Origin: Chlorokybus atmophyticus
Taxonomy: Eukaryota > Plantae > Mesostigma and Chlorokybus algae
Direction: 5' to 3'
Assembly: GCA_009103225.1 (NCBI GenBank)
Contig: RHPI01003389.1
Location: 1-64,000 of the forward strand
Length of the DNA: 64,000 nt
Shown: positions 25,497 to 46,818 of the stretch, one piece after another
How the letters are laid out: each line of letters opens with the position of its first letter
Position numbering within the stretch: the stretch's first letter is position 1
The notes under the pieces: generated by a model
Databases searched by the model: none
Told to the model about the DNA's origin: nothing
What the model saw: the letters and a program-made list of their open reading frames with translations, nothing else
Program-made: the position numbers and the translations under genes

Positions 25497-25538
25497 TGTG
25501 TTGATGTGCTGTTGCTATAGCAACAGCACATCAACACA
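25497..25538. repeat. Perfect 42-bp palindrome
   Basis: tgtgttgatgtgctgttgcta|tagcaacagcacatcaacaca: 21-bp arms with no spacer. Confidence 0.95.
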
Positions 25539-25598
25539 ACATGCAGGAATGGGCACATACCATGCTTACACTCTACACCAGCGGTTCACCACCGTGCT

Positions 25599-25692
25599 GC
25601 CTGCTCTACCTAACACGCTAAGCCCTTGCCCCATTAGCCGACCAGCCTGCTCTACCTAACACGCTAAGCCCTTGCCCCATTAGCCGACCAGC
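25599..25692. repeat. Perfect 46-bp tandem duplication
   Basis: gcctgctctacctaacacgctaagcccttgccccattagccgacca occurs twice. Confidence 0.95.
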
Positions 25693-26425
25693 ATGCATGG
25701 TGTCCAGCAATTACCTGCACCGTGGCGATGGTGGTTAACGACCAGCCTTCTTCATTGCAATGACAGCAGCAGACTCCAAGGATTCCCCCGCCCTCCTCCA
25801 CACACACAACTCCGCCGCCGCCCACTCCCCGCTCACTCGCTACTGCGGGGCTGCCGACGCTGCCGCTAGGCCGCGATTAGGGCTAGGTCACTTGCAGCAT
25901 GCAAGTGTCACGTCAGCAAGAGATAACGTCGCCTATGCCGTTGCCGTGTGTCGTCTCTGTGCGGAGGTTCTTCCTGGTTGCCGCCTCCACGCAATCACTG
26001 GGTATTTGCATGTTGCTTGGTCACCACGACACCCGCACAGCTGCAGCGGATGTTTTCAGTTCGTCACTCACACAAGTCCACGCTATTGGCCAAAATAATC
26101 ACATATTGCCACAATGTACTGCTGATTCAGCGCGGCCGCAGACAGGCTGCTTCTTGCTGCAGTTGTCTCAAGCCTACATAATGTATTACAATTGGTCTGC
26201 AGGCATTTTGCGCGCGACAGTATTTGTAGCGAGGTTAAGTTTTGGCATGACTCTAGTGAACAGCATCACACCCTCGGTGGTATACCGGCACAGCAAGCAT
26301 GTTCCAGTAGCAACCTTGCATATAGTTGCTACAGTGTGCAGGTGCATTCCCAAGGGCACTTGTTGAACAACAACAAACAGTGCACACGTCCCCCCACTCA
26401 GCACAACAGTGCCACACATCTGTCA

Positions 26426-29400
26426 TTACTTCGTTGTTGAGGTCAATGCCAACATGAGCTTGGGCCTGTTGGGCTGCGGTTCTTGCACGGAGATGTTGAT
26501 GGTGAGTGTGTCAAAGACTCGGAAGGCAATTTTTCCGTCTTTGGAAACGACCGTCTGCCTCTCCTCGTCAAGAGTGAAGTCATCGGTTACAGCCGCTTCT
26601 CCTTTGCTCTTTGCATGCGGAGTCACGTAGATCGGACCCTCTATACCGTACTTTGGCACAAACACGATGATGCCGTTGGTTCGCACTTTGATCACACGCG
26701 CGTCGGCATCCACAGACCTGCCCAAAGAAGGGGATCATGAGCATGCAACTTTGTTGCGGATGACACGCATACTATTGTCATTGTGTGTAAGTGAAAGCCC
26801 ATACTTGTTGCGGAAGAAGATCAATGTGTGCAGTTGCACCGAGGCTCTTCCCGCCATCTGGGCATTGCGATGCCGGACATTGATCCCTGCCAAGAAATGC
26901 AATAACAAAGAGCTGAGCTGCAACACAACATGGTTGCGGAGTCGTCGTGTTACTACAATAGGATACATACCATTGCAGAGTTCCCGCATGAAGTTGCGGT
27001 CTCTCAGTCTGTCATAGAGCGCCTCCAGCTGTATGGAAGCTGCCAACAACCTATGGACCACAACGTCTGCACGCAAGACTGCACGTCAACAACAAGCAGC
27101 AACGCAGGGTAGCCCCACAACACACTTGGCCTTTGGTCTGTTCTCAGCAACATAGAGACCCAACCACACTTGGCCAATATGACGAACTGCACTTGACTCC
27201 CACCTGCGTATCTGCGAATGGGCGACGTGAAGTGCGTGTACAACGGCGTGGCAAGTCCATAATGATACATTTCCGGCGGAGTGATGTCGCCGCTGGCAAA
27301 GTACACCGCCTGAGTCATGCACCGCGTAGCAAGGATGCGTATCATCTTGTTGAAGTAGCCATCCGACATCTGTGGACAGCAGGCACTTCCAGTAAGAAAC
27401 ACACAATTTATACGCTTAAGTCACAACTCTATGCAATTAAGCTGCACACAAAAACACATTACATGTTGCCAACATTACAGTGCACCTGTGCTTGGTCCAG
27501 CGACTCGGCCAGCACTTTTGAGTTCTCCACATCGAGGTTGATGCCAATGGCACGTGCGGCCTTGAGCAGCGGCTCGAACATTTGCGGGGTGGGCGTGGGG
27601 TGGCGTCGCAGCAGGCTGCACGCGGGGAAGTGCTGCAGAACCTTCTCCGCCACCGTGATGTTGGCTAGAAGCATGAACTCCTCCACCATCTGGTTTGCTT
27701 CGCGCACCTGGTACATGCCTGCAGGTGATGCGTGTGATGTGACCTGTGAGACGACTGATGCATGTACATGCAAGCATGTGCGAGGTTGTGTACGCACCAA
27801 CGTCGAGGGGATCGAGAGTCTCGGTGTCCACCTCGAACTTGACTTCCGGTGATGCAAGCGTAAGAGCGCCACGGTCTACTCGCCTTTGTCGCAGTATCTG
27901 CATAGTGGAACTGCAACAATGAGATGATGGGGAGTTGATGGTGGTGCACGCGAAAACTACCTTTGCCACGGCGTTCATTCTCCTCAACGCCATCGTGGTG
28001 TCATCCGACAAGCGAGCATCATCCATGCGCGCCTGTACCACAGCAGCTTTTATCAACAAGCAGTGATGCTGCAACACACAAACATTGGCTTTCCTTCCCG
28101 GCAACCATTCACACCTGAGCCTCGGCATATGAAAAGGCATGGTTTGAGCGGATGATACTCTTGGTGAAAGACGTGTCTAGGATGTGCCCGTCCGGAGTCA
28201 TCTCCTGCTCGCACAATGCACATGAGATGTGAATAACACAAGCAAGCGTACTCCTCCGCAACAACGCCAACCAAAACTCGTATGCCTTACCCAAAGCACA
28301 GAGAAAGCAAAGCGCTCCACGTCCGCGCGCAGCGAGCATATGTCTTCCGTCAAAGCTTTCGGCAACATGTCGATGCGGCGTTCGACAAGGTAAACAGACG
28401 TGCCACGCTCGGAGGCCTCCGTGTCCATGGCCGTTCCCGGAAGCACAAAGTTTGTCACGTCCGCTATGTGGACTCCAACCGAGTAGTTGCCGCCGGGCAA
28501 GAGCTGCAGATGCAGCGCATCGTCTATGTCTTTGCATCCTGGGAAGCAAGTTCGCTGTTAGCGATGATAACTCAACAAGCAAGTGCACCACATGTACAGG
28601 ATAGCTAAGCTGTGCAACCTGGAGGATCCACACTGAACACAAGGATGTCGCGCAAGTCTTTGCGCTTTGGGTCGGAGTACGCCTCGGCCGGCACGCTCCA
28701 AGGCAGTGGTGGGACGCATTCCATAACAGCAGGCGCAAACGGCCGGGTGTTGATGTCATTCTCTATCAACAAAACCTGCAAAGCCAAGGACACAAGGGCT
28801 TGAAAATGTCTTCGACCACAGAGGCAAAGCAAAAACATTCATACCTCTGTTTCGGTCTCTCGATCACCTATCTTACCGAGCGTCCTGACATAGTGACCAC
28901 TTGGATACATCGAGGTGCGATCCCAAGTGTCAATAGAGACCACGATGCGCTTATCTGCCAAACTCTCAGCCTGCATGCAAACAGGCCAGTCAGACTGCCC
29001 TTTGCAAAACGTTTGCAAGCTCTGCAAGCATGGCGTACTTGCTTCGTGTGGATACGAATTTTGGGTATACTTCGCTCAACCGACATGAACAAGACTGCTT
29101 GCGTTGCTCCGCCCCCTTTGCCAGGCGGTTCTATTGAGCCACAGTAACTGGACATCATCAAGCACACACTGAGTTGAGAACACCATGGCTTGGCATGCAG
29201 TGTGAACATGCAGTGCACGCACGAGAACCCGCAAACTTACGGCCTCCAGTTGCGCTTCAAGATGCCAACAACGCGTCCCGTAGGCCGCTTTCCAGCTCGA
29301 GGCACTATTGGCGCATCGGACACAGTAGGAGCAATAGTCACTTCGTCCACACTGCCGCCACTCCCGCTGCTTCTGTTCTCCTCACTCTCCTCATCCTCTT

Positions 29401-31843
29401 CGTGTGCCTCTCTAAACACAGTGGAGTCGCCAAGCCATTGAGACTCCGGGAGCAGCTCCACGGCCACAATGTCGCCGTTGATGGCACGGTTCATGGGCTC
29501 GCGCCCTCGGATGAGGATGTCGTGGCCCACGCTGTCGCTGCCCACGTATGCCTCGTACGAGTTGTACGGGTTCACGCGCAGGGAGCCCTGATGATACTTG
29601 CCGGCACGAAGGCCGGCCGTAATCTCCGACATGGGCTTATGCTGCAAAAGCAAGGCACAGATCAGTACTAACCAACTCACCGACTGGCACAAAAAGCTTC
29701 AGTATGCTGCTCCTTGCCTCCTCGTACAGGATGCGCTTCTTGTTGGGTCTATTGTCCACGTCCATCGGCTCAGCATTGCCGTCTTGCTCGGCGCTGGCGG
29801 CTCCGGCGACCAAGTCCACGAGCTCCGGGACATCCTTCCTGGAGGCAGCGTACTGCAGCACTGAGCGCAAGTACCATCACTTACTCACAAACAATTTGAA
29901 CGCTTCAACTAAGACAACATCACTCTTTTCTGCAAATGTACTGGACTGCACGATGACCACACATGCAACTACCGCTCATTGCAAAGGTGATACCTGTTTT
30001 TGTAGACACTCCTTCCTCCCGAGCGCGCCTTGCATTATCGACATCGTTCGTTATTAATAGCACTCGCCTGCCGGGAAGATGCTTCTCATACCATGCTGTC
30101 GCTACTCTGATAGCTGTGGCACTTTGCAAGTGAGCCTCTTATGGCTATATGTGTCATGTGGTGACTGTCTGATAACGAAGGATGCACAGGCACTTTTTAA
30201 GCAACATTTGCAATGCCTTCCGTCATGCCTTACCTCTGTCATTGCGATCGTTTGGTGACTCGCCTGCAAGTGGTGTAATGTACGTCTCCCTGCAGCAATT
30301 GTCAGTGAAAATATAATGGACACACAACACCGTTGGCCAAGCCGCATTGCGAGACGCATGCGCATGTTACGACAGTTCTGTGATAGATTGGCCATTCATG
30401 CCTTAGTGCCACGTCTAGTAGCTGGCTTACTTGTGGTGCTCATTAGCAAACACGAAAAAGCGCCGTTGCGGGTTGGCAATCAGCGCCCGCAGCCTGTTGT
30501 ACGTGCTTGTGTTGCGATGTTTGGCTTCCTCCAATACAATAGAGAGCACAATCACATCCTCAATTGCCGCGTGTTCCAGAAAGTCCATCTAGACACGGGC
30601 AAGTTGAAACAATCAACATGAAAACCATGTAACATCACCACAACAGATAGTGCTTGTGTACCAGCCTGCTGAGCCTGACTTGAAAAAAATGGGGATACAA
30701 GCAACAGGCAAACACGCTATGACTGTAGTACCTGCTGGAGAACGACATTGGTGTCTACCACCAAGTACTGCGATGTGCTCTCTACCCCAAGGCGTGCAGC
30801 TGTTCTGTCGCATACGCGGCATAGAGGAGAGCCGCACGCTATGTCATCCCGCAAGTAGTGCTCTTTAACAACCTAAAAGGCTGCATGTAAGCCATGCAGC
30901 ACAGCCTGTGCAACAGTCAAACTGTTCTAATGGGACAGCATAGTGCGGTTGTCCATGCATCAGTCTGCTTCACCCACGGCTGAGATTTGTCTAGATGCAA
31001 TGCTTTGCTGCCGCAGGGCAGCCAGCTAGGCTGTCATCAGCAATTAACAGGCTCCAAGGGACCAATGCAATCACCGGTGATTGGCCGCAGGCTAGTTTTC
31101 ACATGCAACCTACGTACACAAGAAACTGTGCTCGCACCTAGTTACACGCAGCGCTGCATACATGTGCGTTGCGCACATGTGTGCAGCACTACATATTCTG
31201 CATGAACACACGCTTATATAAAGCATGCTTCTGCATGTCCATACGCAGCATGTGTGCTATATGCATGTACACATGCACCCATATTTTGCTGAGCACCCGC
31301 ACTTATGTAGGAATGTGACAATACAAGCGTGAGAACCGTTAGAGCTAGCATGATCTGGACATGTAGCCCAACGGTTGCACTGCCGCTTGTGTACCAAGTG
31401 CAATGCTCAACAACTATGCGGTGATCTTGGTGCAAGCATGCGCTGTGCTGGAGCGACTCACAAACTTGATTGTTATTGATATGTTTTATCACAGTGTCAT
31501 TCAGTGCAGTGATACTGTTGTAATGTTTGATTGCTTGACTTTTGGGTTCTACACTGGCGTGCTACGCGCCTACTAGTTTAAGCTGCTCAGGTGAGCATGC
31601 AACAACTTGCTATTGGGCGGCGCACAAAACCCATGCAAAACTCTGATCTTCGCTTCGCTTGCCAACAAGCTGGTAATTGCAAGCGAAACAAGCAGCAGCT
31701 TGCATGCGTGCTTATTTTTGAAACGTGGGGCGCTTTATTGCCATGACAGCTGCATGCTCTGCCTGGGACAACAACGCGAAACGTCGTACCTTGACGACTT
31801 TTCCTCCTCGCGTCTTCTTGACGAACGCCTTTGAGTGCAGCAT
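26426..31843 (-). CDS. DIS3: Exosome catalytic subunit DIS3/RRP44 (PIN + RNB + S1)
   Basis: [68 protein letters not shown], catalytic [39 protein letters not shown] and [10 protein letters not shown], over many short GT-AG introns. Confidence 0.97.
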
Positions 31844-32286
31844 GCCTGGTTCCCACAATCCTCTCCGTTGCCCACACCGCCGCCGCCGCCGCCGCCGCCG
31901 CCGCTGGCAATTTCCCTCGCCAGAAGCCCTAACTGCGCAACTCGCCAAGCGTATTCAAGTTACGAACGCAGCAATCATGTGCACATGCCTGACCGTCAGA
32001 TGGGACACGCCTCTGTTTGATGGTGTCGATGTGTCTACGTGGAAGCTTGAGGGCTCAGCACGGAACTCTGCACAATGCACACATTTCTCCATTCAGCATT
32101 GTTACCGGCCTGGACTTTGGTGGTAGCGGCGGCGGCATTGGCGGCGGCGGTGGTGCCGTAGTAACACTTGCAGTGCGTGTTGCTTACCAAGCTTGTTCGT
32201 TAGCCTTGGAACTTGTCTTGTGAGTGTGGCCACTTCGCTGCGTGGTGTTTGTTGCCCGGTGTGCGACCAAGTGGCCAAGCGTGCAG

Positions 32287-33894
32287 ATGGCGAGCGTTTG
32301 CTGCGTCGCAGCTTCCACTTGTGTCGCAAGCACAAGCACCAGCGCAAATCCAAGCGTTAGAGGCGACCAAACTACCCGCAGGAGGAGAGCAAGTGTCCAG
32401 CACACAGCCAATCTCAGCAGGAAGCATGCTGCTGAGGTCAGTGACAATGTGAGTGTTTCCTGCATTGCGGTTGGTGGCTTTGTCTCCGCAACAACTGCAA
32501 CAGTTGCTTAGCAACCGCCCTGAGTACACTAAGCTTGCTAATGATTGGTGTTTGTTTGGAACCAGTCTCCTAAGGAGCATGTTCAATTGACCCCGAGCAC
32601 GACTTCCGCCCAACAACAACGACACCCCGCATTGCTAGCATCCACACTGCCGCTTGCAGGCAGCTTGGGCTCGCTGCTCCTACTCCCTGACCATGCACAG
32701 GTACGGGATTATCACACCGATAACACTAAGTCACTTGTTTGAGTTTAGCAGAACCTGCAAGACATTGTGCTGACGAGCTGAGATGAAGTCTGGACTTGTG
32801 CTGGTGTGCAGGCTGCAACAGTAGCAGAGCAGCTTTACGCCGCTTCGCAGTACGCCGACTCGCTGGTGTCAGAGCAATTGGCTCACTTGTCTCCCGCTAG
32901 CGCCGGCGCCATCTTCCTGGCGGGCTTGCTCACAAGTCTCAGCCCGTGCACGCTATCTGTTCTCCCCCTCACCATCGGTTACATCGGCGGGAGCAGCAGG
33001 GGTGAGAAGGGTTCAAGGTGGGCGCTGGCGGGGGATGCGACGGCATTTGCGGGCGGGCTTGCCACAATGCTCGCGATGCTAGGAGTTGCTGCAGCGTTCG
33101 CAGGGAAGGCTTATGGACAGAATGTTTCGGCCTCGGGGCTCCCTGTCGTTGTGTCCTTCATTGCAATTCTCATGGGACTCAACCTGCTGGAGGTATGTGC
33201 AGGTGGTGGTGTAAGAAGCATGTGTGGTGTTGAGACACATGTGTTGCAACACACTGTGCTGGTTGCAAAGCATTGCTCAATGTATGTTGCTGCGAGCAGG
33301 TGCTGCCACTGCAGCTGCCTTCGTTTCTTGCTGATGTGGACATTAGAAAGAGTGCTGCGGGACTACCTAAGCGTAAGTGACACGCTGTGCAGTATCAAGC
33401 TGTCAAGCATTACACTGCTCATCCATGCATACCAACATGTTGCCTGTTGCGTCTCATGCAGCTGTGCAAGCATACTTGGCCGGCCTCACCTTCGCCCTCG
33501 CCGCATCTCCCTGCAGCACACCTGTGTTGGCTACGCTATTAGCGTATGTGGCTTCATCGGGGGTAAGCAGACCTACGCATGCATGCATGCACTCACACTT
33601 CCCCACCCACGCGCACCTGCTCCCAAACAGACAGAGAAACATCTGTTGGTATGCATTCTCATGCGCGCATGCTACTCCTTGCAGGACCCTTTGCTGGGCG
33701 GTGCGCTGCTGCTGGCTTACACGTCCGGCTATGTGGCGCCGCTGCTCGTGGCCGCAACGTTCACAGGCGCGCTTAAGCAGCTGCTCTCTCTGCGGCAGTT
33801 CTCGGCATGGGTGACGCCCGCCAGCGGGGCGCTGCTCGTGGCGGGCGGGATATTCACACTCCTGGATCGCACGCTACCTGCTGGCGTGTTCTGA
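32287..33894 (+). CDS. ccdA: Plastid cytochrome c biogenesis protein CcdA
   Basis: Transit-peptide-like first exons, then [21 protein letters not shown] and [18 protein letters not shown] (the two redox Cys motifs), and [10 protein letters not shown]...VTPASGALL. Confidence 0.93.
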
Positions 33895-35177
33895 GTACTG
33901 ATGATGATGCGCAGAGCACCTTGCAAATAGCATCAGTTCTGGCACATTCGCCAAAGACGAAGTGAAGTGATGTGCAAGCACTTGCACTGTAGGCGTGATC
34001 ATTTGGCTGCTAAAAGCTGTGCATTGATACGGCCTATATAACAGGTCGACATTTTATCGGTTTTGCTGCTGTGAGTGTAGGTATGAGACGCAAAGAACAG
34101 CGCCATTATTACTAGCATCACTATGATAACTATCACGTCAGCTGCATGGCTGCAGTGCTCGCAGTACTGTTATCCAGTTCCCTTGTTGTGCGGTAAATGG
34201 TGAGGTGGCCTGGATGCAGCATGGCACACAACCTAGGGAGCCTGAGACAATTGTCAATTTGATTGTACACAAGATATTATGCCTCATATGCTGCATGCAA
34301 GGGGTGTCATTCACAACTATGCACACGGGGGCATTTACTACAGGCACACAGCTGATGCGCCGGTTGTAAATGCCGGAGTGATTGTGTGCATTGCATGCGT
34401 GCCTAATAGCACGTCATATATCCTGTACACCACACAGTATGTTATATCCACCACCGGGCTACACCACCTACACTACTACTACTCTACTCACCTTCCCCGT
34501 TAGTCACAAATGCGTGCCAATGTCAAAGTCAATCACCTGTACAGCGTGCAGCGTGCACACACCCATTTGCGACTTCATACCCAAGTTCGCAAAGTTGTAT
34601 CCTTGTCAGTTGGCAAATGAAATGCTCTCAGCAAGTGTCTCGGCTCACGCCATGCTTGTGGCAGGGATAAGACTTCTTGCGAGGGAGCTGCACCAACACC
34701 TTGCCTAACTGCAGTGACACTCGAGTACTAACGTAAAACGCCATGCTGATCAAGTTCATTCCATTCTATGTAGAAGTACATACAAACCACAATACTCCAT
34801 TCGCATTACCTATACACTGTCAATGTAAGCACATCCAGTCGCAACCTTCAAGCTCGCTGTCAGCACAGGTGGATACCCTTGTCGTGCACAGCTGCCTGTC
34901 ATGCATAGCCAATGCCCGTAGCATCCTCCACAGACCCAACCCCCAGGCCATCAGCAACAAAGTACGCAGACTCGCCACTAGTAGAATAGACCCAAGCAAC
35001 TGCCCGCAATTCCCTTCAAGGTGATAGCTGGCGAGTGCTCAGCGCACATCATACTGCACCATACATGCTGTGAGCGGCGGGGAGTTGCGGTAACCATGTA
35101 CATGGGCATGAGCCCTCTGCTGCATTGTGTGTGCTTGTAGCAACTTACAGGCATGATACCTGTATACTATTTTGCGC

Positions 35178-36285
35178 TCAATTGTTCTCCGTGCTCGCTG
35201 CTAGTTTAGGGTATGGATACCGCTCTTGCTGCCGGTCAGATGGCGCAAGCTTCCCGCCCGTCACGTCAAACAACAAGGACGCTGCTGCCAGCGCCGCCGC
35301 GCACCCAACACCCGCCCCTAAGCGCCCAACTGCAAAAAAAAATAAAATCACCAACGGTCACAACATGACAACCTATGAACAGTGCTGCTGTATAACAACT
35401 GCATAGCTAGAGAGTGAGCGCGTACTGCGAAAACCCATGAGTGCACCGGCAGCGACACCGCCCGCAGCACCGTTCCAAAGGTCCTTCTTCCCTCGTAGCT
35501 CTTCTAGAGCGCAATCGGTCGCCGTGTACGCTGCACCAACTGCAGCAAATGTAAGAGCAGCAGAACCCATCACTGTTCCGGTTCTCCTCAGAGCCGGCCA
35601 GGGCTGCGCAATGCAAAAACATTAGTCAAAACACTTGCAGAAGCACATGCTGTCAGAAGAACATGCTCCAAGTATTAATCTGCACACAGGACACAGAAAA
35701 CAAGAGACGCTCGACTGATTGACGCATCATGCAATGTGCTAGCAATGCATGGCTGTCAGGAAAGCGCTAGAGCCTATTCAAACGCTCATTCAGTGGCAAG
35801 ACAGCCTCACTACCGAAATGTACCATAGCATGATTGCGCTTGATTATATGCCCTGAGATAATGACGGCACAGAGTGCAGTGGAGCATCGCAGTGCCCTAC
35901 AGCGTGGAATCACCAATGCATGCAATGTGAACAACCTTGCTTTTCAACTCAACACATCTACTTGTAACAACTATGAAGGCAAGGCTTAACAGAACGTCTC
36001 GCAGCTGGTACTAGTGCATTGTAGTAACAAGCGATTATTTGTCAACGTCATGTAAAAGCTACGGAGTATTCCGCTGTAAGACAGCACACTGCAGCACAAC
36101 CTGATGTTACTTGAGAGACTCGCAGACAAGCAATCACAGGGGCACATTACCTGGTTTTTGTACACAGTAGGGACATCCCTCCAGGTAGCGTCCACGGCAC
36201 CCACAACGGCTCCAAACACGCCGCTCACCGTTGCAGCGGTGGCAGTCTTCGTTAGACACGAGGCATCGGCAGGGTCCTGCACCAT
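35178..36285 (-). CDS. NDUFA11: Tim17/22/23-family protein, complex I B14.7 (NDUFA11) / OEP16-3-like
   Basis: ATWRDVPTV, ALTFAAVGAAY, ELRGKKDLWNGAAGGVAAGALMGFR and FDVTGG...ERYPYP resemble plant At2g42210 as recalled. The start codon is inferred. Confidence 0.8.
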
Positions 36286-36400
36286 GTTGCTCGCCTCGTA
36301 ACACCAGCGCCCCCCTCCCGACCCTCCCCCGGCCCCACCTCCGCCGCCTCCCCGACCGCTGCCGCTGGCCTGGTCTAGGTCAGTCTTGTGCTGCCCAGGC

Positions 36401-36409
36401 TTAGGGTTT
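36401..36409 (-). promoter_or_regulatory. Telo-box (AAACCCTAA)
   Basis: Exact motif about 115 bp upstream of ATG36285, in the divergent B14.7/CHD1 intergenic region. Confidence 0.55.
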
Positions 36410-36992
36410 CCCAAGATTCGAGCTACCGCATGCAGACGCATCGCATAACCCGGTTACAGCTTTAGGGCTAGCAATACAGGAAAGCGACCCTCCGCATGCG
36501 ATAGTATCACATCACCCGCTTTGGTATGAGCTTGCTGCTTAAGCATTGCATTCACTCGATCGGTGTTGCGTACAGGCGCTGTCGTCCGCCCTTCGCCGCC
36601 GCTGCCACCGTCGCCGCCGCCGCCTGGGTGGCCAGGCCACGCTGCGACTGGGCCAGGGACAGGGCTGAGGCGTGGGCTGCTGGCATCCTGCTCTTGCTTG
36701 AAGCAAAGAATGTGCTTCCTGCGCCAACCAAGTCCTTTCAGCGTCTTGTTTGTGGGGACGTAGCGAGGTGTGTTGCTTGCCGCCTGGGCGGTAGCGCCGG
36801 CCTGGGCAGGCCACGCGGCAGAAGCGAGGTTGATTGGTTGGAGAGTGTGTTGAACGTCAGTAAGCCTAAGCTGGGGTCATTGGTAGCTGTTGCGAGGCTG
36901 TTTCTGGTGCTGCTGGTGGAGTAGATCTATGTAGATCTGGAGCATGAGGCGGGAGCGTTGTTAGGTGTTTCATTGGTGGTCGAGCCACGAGC

Positions 36993-46126
<9,134 letters not shown>

Positions 46127-46696
46127 GCATACATGTCTTGCGGCGAGTTTGTTTTGCTGTCATGCAATTGCGCTCGCATGAAAGCCGTGCTGCATCTGTC
46201 ACCCGCTTGTCACCCTCGTGTGGTCTGCCTGCTGCATGACATGCTGCCAAGCGGCCCATGCATGCAGTCCGTTTCATAATAAAAACTTCACATTTGCCTT
46301 CCTTGGCTTTGATGTAGTTGCAGTATGCCATACCATGCGAGAAACAGTAGGAAATTCATTAGCCTGGGAACTCCAATGCCTTTGATAAATCGCACTATGC
46401 TACTACTGCACATGAACATATCATAATGTCATATTGCGCGCACCGCTCCCTATCGCCAGACACGTGGCACAAAGGGTAGTGTAGAGGCAGCACATATCAA
46501 ACAGCATGCAGTCAGGCTACACAATTCCCTCTTGCATCTCTTGTACATTGGGTCCCTGACTACGACTGCATGTACGCACTTTCATGAGTAATGGGTAGTG
46601 GCAGCAGTGTATAAAAGAAGGAATGGGGATGTCATGCATGTAGTTACATATCGTGTTTAACCGGTCAGAGCTCCTCCCCCCCCCCCCCCCCCCCCC

Positions 46697-46818
46697 NNNN
46701 NNNNNNNNNNNNNNNNNNNNNNNNNNNNNNNNNNNNNNNNNNNNNNNNNNNNNNNNNNNNNNNNNNNNNNNNNNNNNNNNNNNNNNNNNNNNNNNNNNNN
46801 NNNNNNNNNNNNNNNNNN
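46697..46818. other. Assembly gap flanked by poly-C
   Basis: N run with C21 on the left and C23 on the right. Confidence 0.99.

Noticed and set aside
36526-36924. 132-aa ORF upstream of CHD1
   Set aside because: It is GC-rich, open on both strands, has no motifs and is consistent with 5' leader sequence.
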